64,000 bases of DNA from Patescibacteria group bacterium (GTDB lineage Bacteria; Patescibacteriota; Patescibacteriia; Patescibacteriales; UBA12465). Below the pieces are notes generated by a model. The model did not search any database, was not told where the DNA came from, and saw only the letters and a program-made list of their open reading frames with translations. Shown here one piece after another: positions 55,239 through 63,449 of the stretch (its first letter is position 1; every line of letters starts with the position of its first letter). The DNA lies in contig JAVEZP010000003.1 of NCBI GenBank assembly GCA_034002925.1, forward strand, positions 11,712-75,711. The letters are read 5' to 3'. The translations under genes and the position numbers were made by a program.

Positions 55239-56099
55239 ATGGATGATATTATTATTAGTCATCATGATAATTTCGCAGAGTTGAGACAAAAAATCAGACA
55301 GGGAGGGGCAGAACAATTACATATTATTAGTGACTTTGATCGCACTTTGACGACTAATTTTATTAAAGGAAGAAAATCTCCTTCTTTAATTGCTTCTTTA
55401 CGTGATGGTAAATATCTGAGCTCAGAATATCCGGCAGCGGCTCAGGCTTTATATGATTATTACGCTCCTTTAGAAATGGATCTTAGTTTAGATAAGCAGA
55501 CTAAAAATAGTTTGATGGCAGAATGGTATCGACGTCATTTTGAATTATTAATAAAATCTGGCTTGGATCAGGAAAGTCTTACTTCAGCTATTGATAACTC
55601 TTTGGCCAATTTACGTCCCCTCGTGCCTGAATTCTTAGCTTTATTAAAAGAATATAATATTCCTTTGTTTATTTTTTCTGCTTCTGGTTTGGGAGTTTCT
55701 GGCTTGAAGTATTTTTTTCACAAACGTGGTTTGTTAAGTGAAAATATTCATTTTATTGCCAATGATTTTATTTGGTCAGAGGCCGGGGAAGCGATAGGCG
55801 TCAAAGAACCTATCATTCATTCGTGCAATAAAGATGAAAGCATGATAGCGGATTTTAATTTACATGAATTAATTAAAAAACGTCCTAATGTTATTTTACT
55901 AGGAGATAGCTTAGATGATGCGAGCATGGCAGAGTCTTCTTCATTGAGAAAAATTTTAAAGATTGCTTTTTTAAATGATCGTATTAGAGAATTATTACCA
56001 GTTTATAAAAATCGTTATGATGCTATCATTTTAAATGATGGTAATTTTCAATTAGTGTTAGACATTTTACAAGACATTATTAATCAAAAAAATAATTAA
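55239..56099 (+). CDS. Cytosolic 5'-nucleotidase III / UMPH-1 family HAD phosphatase
   Basis: HIISDFDRTLT (DxDxT), MAEWYRRHFELLI, IPLFIFSAS, IHSCNK, NVILLGDSLDD, ILKIAFLNDRIRELLPVYKNRYDAIILND. These align block-for-block with my recollection of human NT5C3A. Confidence 0.8.
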   Translation: MDDIIISHHDNFAELRQKIRQGGAEQLHIISDFDRTLTTNFIKGRKSPSLIASLRDGKYLSSEYPAAAQALYDYYAPLEMDLSLDKQTKNSLMAEWYRRHFELLIKSGLDQESLTSAIDNSLANLRPLVPEFLALLKEYNIPLFIFSASGLGVSGLKYFFHKRGLLSENIHFIANDFIWSEAGEAIGVKEPIIHSCNKDESMIADFNLHELIKKRPNVILLGDSLDDASMAESSSLRKILKIAFLNDRIRELLPVYKNRYDAIILNDGNFQLVLDILQDIINQKNN

Positions 56100-56114
56100 T
56101 ATTGAATTAATTTT

Positions 56115-56885
56115 ATGAATTTACTTTGGTTCTTGCCGGTTTTTTCTTTTCTGTATATGAGTGCTTGGTTTTTAGTTTCCTTGAAAGTAAAACGTTATGA
56201 TGTGATTGATGTTGCTTGGGGACCAGCTTTCGTTATTATTGCTTTAATGGCCATATATTTTCGGGAATCTAGTTTAGATGCACGTTCTCTGTGGCTCTTA
56301 TTGTTAATTTTTCTATGGGCTGCACGGTTGTTATGGCATACTTTTAAACGTAATTTAAGACAAGAGGATGATTGGCGCTATCACCGTTGGCATGAAAAAG
56401 ATGGAGCTTGTCGATATTCCATTTGTACCTTTGTTCAGGTTTTTCTTTTGCAGGCAGCACTGCTCATGATTATATCACTGCCATTAGTCTATAGTTTGCG
56501 TCTTATCACTTTAACTTTATTTGATATTAATTATTTTGCTTTAGGCTTGGCTTTTTTAGGCCTGGCTTTAGAGACGATAGCTGATTGGCAACGTACGGCA
56601 TTTTTAAATAAAGTAGAAAATAAAGATAGGTTAATGACTCGGGGTTTGTGGCGTTTTAGTCGTCATCCTAATTATTTAGGGGAAATCATTTTCTGGTGGG
56701 GGATTTATTTTCTAGTGTGGGGAGCTCCTAAATCATGGATGCTGATTATTTCTCCTTTAACCATCACTTATGTTTTACTCTTTGTTTCTGGTTTGCCAAC
56801 TGAGAAAAAATATCAAGGCCGAGCCGATTTCTTAGAATACAAAAGAAAAACCAGTCCATTGTTACTTTGGCCGCCTAAAAAATAA
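56115..56885 (+). CDS. DUF1295 (steroid 5-alpha-reductase/ICMT-like) membrane protein
   Basis: GLWRFSRHPNYLGEIIFWWG motif. About 6 TM helices. Confidence 0.7.
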   Translation: MNLLWFLPVFSFLYMSAWFLVSLKVKRYDVIDVAWGPAFVIIALMAIYFRESSLDARSLWLLLLIFLWAARLLWHTFKRNLRQEDDWRYHRWHEKDGACRYSICTFVQVFLLQAALLMIISLPLVYSLRLITLTLFDINYFALGLAFLGLALETIADWQRTAFLNKVENKDRLMTRGLWRFSRHPNYLGEIIFWWGIYFLVWGAPKSWMLIISPLTITYVLLFVSGLPTEKKYQGRADFLEYKRKTSPLLLWPPKK

Positions 56886-56905
56886 CTATATTTATTAAAA
56901 ATAAC

Positions 56906-56935
56906 AACCGCTTAAAAGCGGTTTTTATTTTTTTA
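56906..56935. terminator. Bidirectional terminator
   Basis: AACCGC-ttaaaa-GCGGTT followed by a T-run on + and an A/T-run on -. Lies between convergent DUF1295 and copA. Confidence 0.55.
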
Positions 56936-59171
56936 GATTAAGACGAAGTGAATTTAGAACTACAGAAACACTGCTCATGGCCATAGCAGCACCAGCGAAA
57001 GCTGGATTTAAGCTAATGCCAAAGAGGGGATAGAAGAGTCCGGCAGCTAAGGGAATGCCAATTAAATTATAGATTGAGGCCCAGAAGAGGTTTTCTTTAA
57101 CTGTATTAAAAGTTATTCTTGATAAATGGAAAGCCTCACTTAATTTGTCTAAACGGCTACCAATAATGGTGATATCGGCTGTGACTAGAGCAACATCGGT
57201 GCCACTAGCCATGGCAATACCGCTGTCAGCCTGAGCCAGGGCAGGAGCATCATTAATACCATCACCAATCATAGCTATTTTATGACCTTTAGCTTGTAAT
57301 TCTTTAATAATTCTTGCCTTATCTTCTGGTAGAACATTAGCTTGAAAATCTGTAATTTCAAGACTGTTGGCTATTTTTTGAGCCGCTTCAAAGCGATCGC
57401 CAGTGAGCATAATAATTTTTTTTGATTGTGACTTCAATTGCTTTAATGCGCTTTTTGCTTCTTTTTTAATAACATCATTACAAGCGATCATACCAATAAC
57501 TTGATTGTCCCATAAGATGTCAATTATAGTATCACCTGCCTGAATGTGTGCTTGTGCTTGAGCATGAAAATTGTTTTTACTTTTTTGAGCTACAATTTTT
57601 TTACCATCTATTATAGCGCTAACTCCTTGGCCGCTATGAGCTTGGAAATCTTCCATTTTCAGTGAGTTATAGTCTAACTGTTCCTTATTAGCTTCTTTCA
57701 CAATAGCAGTGGCTAAAGGATGTTCCGAGCGACTCTCTAGCGCTGCAGCTAGGGTTAGCACTTGTTGTGCGTTCATTTTATCATTTAAACTATAATAAGC
57801 GCTCACGCTCACATTACCGGTAGTTAAAGTTCCAGTTTTATCAAAAACAATGGTATCAATATTTTTTAATTTTTCTAAAGCTTCAGCATTTTTAATTAAA
57901 ATTCCATTTTTAGCTCCACGGCCGATCGCGACCATTAAGGCAGTTGGTGTAGCTAAGCCAAGAGCGCAAGGACAGGCAATTACTAATACGCCAACTAAAG
58001 CAGAAATAGCTAAGCTAAGACTAAGGCTTGAGCTATAAAAGAATGGTCCAATAATGATCCAAGTCAGAAAAGACAGAGAAGCAATCGCAAGAACAATGGG
58101 CACAAAAATACTAGCAATGCGATCACTTAATTTTTGAATAGGGGCACGACTATTTTGGGCTTCTTTCACTAATTGAATAATTTTAGCTAAAACGGTGTCG
58201 GCTCCAATTTTTTCAGCTTTCATGAGAATAAAGCCCTGGGTGTTGAGGGTACCGCCAATTAATTTACTACCAATTTGTTTATCAACCGGCATCGCTTCAC
58301 CACTAATCATAGATTCATTAACACTAGAACTACCTTCAATGACAATCCCGTCAGTTGCTATCTTCATACCTGGTTTGACCACTAAAATGTCGCCAACTAA
58401 AATATCACTAGCCTTAATTTCTTCTTCTTTTACTCCATTTTTTCTAATAGCTTTATCTGCTTGTAAAGACATCAAAGCTTTAATAGCAGCGCCACTTTTT
58501 TGTTTAGCATTATTTTCTAAATATTTTCCTAAAATAACAAAGCCAATTACCACAATTGTGGCATCAAAATAATAAAAGTTTGGCAAAGATAAAATTGCTT
58601 TTAAATCTGGATAAGAAAAAATTACTAAACTATAAACATAAGCGCTCACAGTGCCTAAGCCAATTAAAGTATCCATGTTAGCTGCACCATAACGAATAAA
58701 GCGCAATAAAGCGCTGAGAAACCTTTGACCCGGTCCAAATAGCACAACAGTAGCTATAATCATTAATGTGCCGTTCATTATTCCCATAGGTATTATAATT
58801 TCTGGCAGGAAATGAATGGAGCGAGCCATAATTTCGTATAACATCCAAAGAAAAACTAAAATAGATGCGGGTACGGCTAGATAGAAATTTGCTTTTTCAT
58901 TATTATAATCATGTTTTTCTTCTTTGTTTGCTTTATTTAATGCAGTGTCTGAGTGGTCTTGAGTGTTTTGAAGATGATAGCCTAATTTTAATAATTCATT
59001 ATTTATTTTTTTTATTGGCTCACTTTTTGAATTAAATTCCAAGATAGCTTCTTCGCTGACGTAATTAATGTTAACCGTTTTTATCTCTGGTATTTTTTCT
59101 AACTTTGTTTTAATGATTTGGGCACAACTAGCACAGTGCATGCCCACAATCGGATATGTTTTTTTTGACAT
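56925..59171 (-). CDS. copA: Copper-translocating P1B-type ATPase
   Basis: N-terminal HMA (GMHCASCA), TGE-type actuator region, ACPCALGLATP (CPC), DKTGTLT, GDGINDAP. Confidence 0.93.
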   Translation of the reverse strand: MSKKTYPIVGMHCASCAQIIKTKLEKIPEIKTVNINYVSEEAILEFNSKSEPIKKINNELLKLGYHLQNTQDHSDTALNKANKEEKHDYNNEKANFYLAVPASILVFLWMLYEIMARSIHFLPEIIIPMGIMNGTLMIIATVVLFGPGQRFLSALLRFIRYGAANMDTLIGLGTVSAYVYSLVIFSYPDLKAILSLPNFYYFDATIVVIGFVILGKYLENNAKQKSGAAIKALMSLQADKAIRKNGVKEEEIKASDILVGDILVVKPGMKIATDGIVIEGSSSVNESMISGEAMPVDKQIGSKLIGGTLNTQGFILMKAEKIGADTVLAKIIQLVKEAQNSRAPIQKLSDRIASIFVPIVLAIASLSFLTWIIIGPFFYSSSLSLSLAISALVGVLVIACPCALGLATPTALMVAIGRGAKNGILIKNAEALEKLKNIDTIVFDKTGTLTTGNVSVSAYYSLNDKMNAQQVLTLAAALESRSEHPLATAIVKEANKEQLDYNSLKMEDFQAHSGQGVSAIIDGKKIVAQKSKNNFHAQAQAHIQAGDTIIDILWDNQVIGMIACNDVIKKEAKSALKQLKSQSKKIIMLTGDRFEAAQKIANSLEITDFQANVLPEDKARIIKELQAKGHKIAMIGDGINDAPALAQADSGIAMASGTDVALVTADITIIGSRLDKLSEAFHLSRITFNTVKENLFWASIYNLIGIPLAAGLFYPLFGISLNPAFAGAAMAMSSVSVVLNSLRLNLKK

Positions 59172-59175
59172 ATTT

Positions 59176-60603
59176 TTAAAAACAACCCTTTAAGCTGCAA
59201 GTTGATTCAACTACTGGGCTTTCTGTTTGATTAGTATTATTTAGATTGTTATTGATCGAGCTATTAGGAGTTAAGACTTCAATTACTCCGCTATACATAC
59301 CCATTGAACAACTGAAACGAATCTCGCCTATTTTTAAGGGGGTAAATTCAATAATGTTTTCTCCTTCTTTTAACTGTTGATTTATCTTTAAACTAGGAAC
59401 CACTAAACTACTGGCACATGAATAGGGATTGGTGCTGGTAATAATCCAACGCACGGGCTTGTTCACTTCTACTTGCAGACGATTAGGTATATAACCTCGA
59501 CTAGCTTGTTCCATGCGAATTATTTGCATGTCTTTAGTCTGATTAATCTCTTGGGTGCTAATACTATTATCACTGGCAGCTTGAAGTCGTAATATTTTAT
59601 AGGCATTATTAAAATTAAATAAACCAAAGAGAATAATAATTAAACCAGCGCTTTTAAAGAATGTGCCATTATTTCTTCCTTTAAAGACAGAGACTAAAGC
59701 TCCTAAGCTTAGGAATCCAGGAGCGGTTCCTAAAGCGAAAATAGCCATGATAATAGCGCCACTAAAAAAACTGCCACTAGCTAAAGCGTAGATTTGCATG
59801 GATTGAGTGAAGCCACAGGGCAAGAAAAAAGATAAAGCACCAGCGCTAAAAGCAGCTAGGGGGCGATATTTTCTATTCTTAGTATGAGTAGGAACAAAAC
59901 GACTGAGACTTTTGGGTAAGGTGATGCTAAAGCGCTGTATCTTTGGAAAAATATCTAGAATTTGCAAACCTAAGAAAATAATAATAAAAGCAATAATAAT
60001 TGTTAACCAGGCATTGAAAGTGATAGATATTTTAAAGATGGAGCCTAGACTACCTAGTAAACCACCTAAGATAAAAAAGCCTATCACGCGACCAAGATTG
60101 AAAAATATATGTGGTAAAAATTTTTGTACACGATTGGCTTGTGGGTGTCTGCGGGCATAATCAGTGGCTAAAGCCATAACGATACCACCTACTAGGGCCA
60201 TACAGGTGGAAACACCAGCAATCAAACCAATTAATAGCACTGCGCCCCAACTCATTGTTTCGGGATTTAATTGATCAGCTAAATTAAGCCAACCACTAAA
60301 CCAGAGGATAATAGCAATAGTGAGAGTAATTAAAAGGGCATAGACTAGTTCTTTGATTTTTTTATTTTTGTCTTCAGTCTTTGTGTTTTCCTCTAAATCA
60401 TAACCCAATAGTTGTAATTCTTTTTGGATGCTTTGTTTATCAGGTATTTCGCCTTGATATTCTATTTCAGCTTGGCCGCGACTATGGCTCACTCTGACTT
60501 TTTTCACACCAGGCAAAGCAGATAATTTTTCTTCACTTAATAACTCACAGGCTTTACAATGTAGACCTGAAACTTTAACTTTTAATATTTTATTTTCAGA
60601 CAT
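59176..60603 (-). CDS. Three-part copper-handling fusion: HMA domain + DsbD_2/UreH-like membrane domain + C-terminal cupredoxin-like domain
   Basis: GLHCKACE (HMA). 6-7 TMs with FFLPCGFTQSM. C-terminal beta domain with YSCASS...FSCSMGMYSG (Cys/Met ligand pattern of Cupredoxin_1-type domains). Confidence 0.65.
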   Translation of the reverse strand: MSENKILKVKVSGLHCKACELLSEEKLSALPGVKKVRVSHSRGQAEIEYQGEIPDKQSIQKELQLLGYDLEENTKTEDKNKKIKELVYALLITLTIAIILWFSGWLNLADQLNPETMSWGAVLLIGLIAGVSTCMALVGGIVMALATDYARRHPQANRVQKFLPHIFFNLGRVIGFFILGGLLGSLGSIFKISITFNAWLTIIIAFIIIFLGLQILDIFPKIQRFSITLPKSLSRFVPTHTKNRKYRPLAAFSAGALSFFLPCGFTQSMQIYALASGSFFSGAIIMAIFALGTAPGFLSLGALVSVFKGRNNGTFFKSAGLIIILFGLFNFNNAYKILRLQAASDNSISTQEINQTKDMQIIRMEQASRGYIPNRLQVEVNKPVRWIITSTNPYSCASSLVVPSLKINQQLKEGENIIEFTPLKIGEIRFSCSMGMYSGVIEVLTPNSSINNNLNNTNQTESPVVESTCSLKGCF

Positions 60604-60607
60604 AAAA

Positions 60608-60886
60608 TTATTTATTAGCTAATTTACTCACTTTTAATATTTCTTCAATCATCTTATTTTGTATTTTCGGACTACCGGCGGCCATAGCATTTTTAAAGCA
60701 AGTGTTTAGATGTTTTTCAAAGAGCATTTGATGAGCAGAGCGAAGTAGTCCAATGACGGCTAAATTTTGTTGCATAATATCAATGCAGTATTCTCCGTCT
60801 TCTAGCATATGAATTAAGCGGCCACTAAGAGAGTGGGCTTTTTTTAAGCTAATAAGAATTTTTTGTTTTTCTTTTTGATGGTTCAT
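60608..60886 (-). CDS. csoR: CsoR family copper-sensing repressor
   Basis: LKKAHSLSGRLIHMLEDGEYCIDIMQQNLAVIGLLRSAHQMLFEKHLNTC carries the C-H-C ligand pattern of DUF156/CsoR. Confidence 0.8.
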   Translation of the reverse strand: MNHQKEKQKILISLKKAHSLSGRLIHMLEDGEYCIDIMQQNLAVIGLLRSAHQMLFEKHLNTCFKNAMAAGSPKIQNKMIEEILKVSKLANK

Positions 60887-60899
60887 ATTATTTATTTTA

Positions 60900-60918
60900 A
60901 TACCTAGGGGGTAGGTAT
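60900..60918. promoter_or_regulatory. Candidate CsoR operator
   Basis: Perfect inverted repeat ATACCTA-GGGGG-TAGGTAT, 14 nt upstream of the csoR ATG and overlapping the predicted transcription start. Confidence 0.6.
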
Positions 60919-60922
60919 AGCT

Positions 60923-60951
60923 ATATTAACAAAATCTGATATTACTGACAA
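60923..60951 (-). promoter_or_regulatory. Candidate cop operon promoter
   Basis: On the - strand: TTGTCA (60951-60946), 17-nt spacer, TAATAT (60928-60923). Confidence 0.45.
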
Positions 60952-61018
60952 GTCTATTTTTTTATTATGAGTTTTTTTCTTGATTATTAGTAAATAAATG
61001 AGGTGTTGACTATCATTT

Positions 61019-61034
61019 AGTTTATTGATAAACT
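61019..61034. promoter_or_regulatory. Candidate MarR operator palindrome
   Basis: AGTTTAT-TG-ATAAACT (7-bp arms) overlapping the TTGATA (61025-61030) of a TTGATA-17-TAATAT promoter. The -10 ends 5 nt before the marR ATG. Confidence 0.4.
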
Positions 61035-61058
61035 ATTTAGTCTGAATTAATATCTAGT

Positions 61059-61529
61059 ATGAAAAAAATTATTTATAACAAATTAGAGGAACATCGCTTA
61101 GCCGGCTGGTTAGTTTTTAGCGCGATGCGACTGGAGACTTTAGCTGATGAATTTATGTTTAAGCCTCTAGGATTAACATCTGCGACTTTTCGTATTTTAA
61201 TGGCTCTTGATGGTTTGGGTCCTCAGTCTCCGTCTGATCTAATAGCGGCTTTAGGTAGTAGCAAATCTAATTTAACTCAACGCTTACATTGGTTGGAAAA
61301 AAAACAGTTAATTAAAGTGAAGCGTCAAGTTAATAATGACAAAAGAAGAGTGCTGGCTCAGATTACTAAATTAGGCAAACAGCAGGTTGTGGCTACTCGT
61401 CAACTAGTAAAAGATAACAATTTATTAATAGAAAATTATTTTAGCAAAGCAGAGGTTAAAGAATTGATTCGTCTATTTCGTAAACTTAATCATGGGCTAG
61501 ATCAATGCCAGCCAAAGCTTAAAAATTAA
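61059..61529 (+). CDS. MarR family transcriptional regulator
   Basis: wHTH core LGLTSATFRILMAL...PSDLIAALGSSKSNLTQRLHWLEKKQLIKV..NDKRR. Confidence 0.8.
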   Translation: MKKIIYNKLEEHRLAGWLVFSAMRLETLADEFMFKPLGLTSATFRILMALDGLGPQSPSDLIAALGSSKSNLTQRLHWLEKKQLIKVKRQVNNDKRRVLAQITKLGKQQVVATRQLVKDNNLLIENYFSKAEVKELIRLFRKLNHGLDQCQPKLKN

Positions 61530-61534
61530 AAAAT

Positions 61535-63445
61535 ATGAAACGAAAAACTTTTTTACTTGCTTTTTTGTTGCTGCCAACTTTATTGTTAACTGCTTGTGGC
61601 AGCGAGGAAGAAGTGCAAGAAAGCATAGTAGAGCCAGTGTCAGTGAGTGTACAGAAAGTGGCAGATAGTCGTGAATTGTCCCAACAAGTTTCTTATCCTG
61701 CTATTGTGTCAGCTGATATGGAAGCGAGATTAACTGCTCAATTACCGGGCATTATTGCTGAGGCTAATTTTGCTGTTGGGCAAACCGTGACAGCTGGTCA
61801 AGTTCTAGCTCAGGTGAACGAAATTGGCGCTAATACGACTACTAGTGCTCAGGCGAGTAGTAATCAGATAAAGCAGGCTTTAATTGCTGTGCAACAAGCT
61901 CAGGAATCATTTGAATTAGCTCGTTCTAATTATGAAAATACCACTATTTCTGCGGCTCGAGATCTAGAACAAGCGCGTATTGCTCGTGACCAAGCAGCGA
62001 AGGGTTTAGATAATTTAGGTAGCACTGCCGATGAAAGCATTAAAAGCGCTGAGTTAGCTTATGAAGCTGCGCAATTAGCTAGTGAACAAGCGAAATTAAA
62101 TTTAGAAAATCGTCAAAAACAATTAATTCAAAATGAAAATAATTTAAAAGATAACGCTGATTTAAATATTTCTTCATCTTTAAATGCCATCAGTTCTATT
62201 TTAAGTGGTGTTAATAACTTAACAGGTTTTGATAAAAACAATGTAATTAACATTTCTTATCGTAGTAATTTAGGTGCTTTAGACTCTAGTTCTTATAGTC
62301 GGGCCGAAGATGCTTATCAATTAGCTCAAAATAGTTACAAAGAATATTTAAGTCGTGAGTCACAAAATACAGAGCAAGATTTACGAGATTTGTTAGCTGT
62401 AGTTACTAAGGCACAAGAATTAAGTGATGCTTTGAAATATTTGTTTGACAAAAGTATTCCATCTTCAAATTTACCTCAAAATGGAGGCACTGGTGTATCT
62501 TTAGCTTCTTTGCAGAGTTCAGCAGCTGCTTTTCAAACTCAAGCTAATGGTGTTTTTAGTCAAGTTCAAAACAGTTTACAAGCTTGGCAAAATTTTTCCT
62601 TAGAACGTAGCAGTGCTCTAGACTCTCTTAATCAAGCTTATAATTTAGCCCAAAAGCAAGAAGCGAGTGCGGCTCAAAATTTAAAAAGCTTACAAGCTGG
62701 TAATACTAGTCAGCAAGATCAAGCTTCTTTTTCTTTGGCTTTAGCGGATAATCAATATGAAAATTTAAAAGTTAAATTAGATTCTCAAATTGCAGCTACT
62801 AAAACTCAAATGGATAGTGCTCAACTTCAATACCAGAATGCTTTAGTGAATTTACAAAGTCTCTATGACAGTCGTTCTATTGTTGCTCCTATTGATGCTA
62901 CAGTGTTTCAAAAACTTGTCAGCAATGGAGATACTGTCAGTGCAGGGCAATTAGTGGCTGTAATTGGTAAATCAGATGGTCTTAAATTAAAATTTTTCAT
63001 TGAAGCAGAAAATGTGCCACTATTATCTGTTGGTCAAATTATTCGTGCAGTAGATAGTGACGAAAGAGAATATCAAGGAAAGATTTCTTCGATTGCCGCT
63101 CAAGCAGATTCTATTTCTAAGAGATTTCAGGTAGAGGCCACTTTAGATAATATGGAAAATCCTCCTTTATTAGGCACAGTTGTTAATGTGAAATTATCTT
63201 TAAATAAAGATGCTTTGTTAAGTAATGGTTCAATTTTTTTACCTTTGTCAATATTAGAGATTGGACAAAATGGTAGTTATGTTTTTTTACTGCGTGATGG
63301 CAAAGCTTATAAACAAGAAGTGATGATTGAAAGCGTGATTGGTGAGACAGCAAAATTGAAGTTAGAAGCGAATGATAATGATTTAATTATTACTTCTGGT
63401 AATAAATTTTTAAGTGATGGTCAAGTAGTTAATATCAAGCCTTAA
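61535..63445 (+). CDS. HlyD-type efflux adaptor lipoprotein with a greatly extended coiled-coil hairpin
   Basis: Lipobox LLLTAC. Split lipoyl halves (GQTVTAGQVLAQV / IVAPIDATVFQKLVSNGDTVSAGQ). C-terminal beta-barrel/MP domains. About 345 helical residues in between. Confidence 0.8.
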   Translation: MKRKTFLLAFLLLPTLLLTACGSEEEVQESIVEPVSVSVQKVADSRELSQQVSYPAIVSADMEARLTAQLPGIIAEANFAVGQTVTAGQVLAQVNEIGANTTTSAQASSNQIKQALIAVQQAQESFELARSNYENTTISAARDLEQARIARDQAAKGLDNLGSTADESIKSAELAYEAAQLASEQAKLNLENRQKQLIQNENNLKDNADLNISSSLNAISSILSGVNNLTGFDKNNVINISYRSNLGALDSSSYSRAEDAYQLAQNSYKEYLSRESQNTEQDLRDLLAVVTKAQELSDALKYLFDKSIPSSNLPQNGGTGVSLASLQSSAAAFQTQANGVFSQVQNSLQAWQNFSLERSSALDSLNQAYNLAQKQEASAAQNLKSLQAGNTSQQDQASFSLALADNQYENLKVKLDSQIAATKTQMDSAQLQYQNALVNLQSLYDSRSIVAPIDATVFQKLVSNGDTVSAGQLVAVIGKSDGLKLKFFIEAENVPLLSVGQIIRAVDSDEREYQGKISSIAAQADSISKRFQVEATLDNMENPPLLGTVVNVKLSLNKDALLSNGSIFLPLSILEIGQNGSYVFLLRDGKAYKQEVMIESVIGETAKLKLEANDNDLIITSGNKFLSDGQVVNIKP

Positions 63446-63449
63446 TCAT

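Noticed and set aside
48812-60160. Track ORFs 48812..49114(+), 49514..49735(+), 55119..55316(-), 57850..58038(+), 58195..58572(+) and 59912..60160(+)
   Set aside because: Antisense to the CaCA antiporter, TspO/nucleotidase junction, copA and the HMA-DsbD_2 fusion. No independent support.
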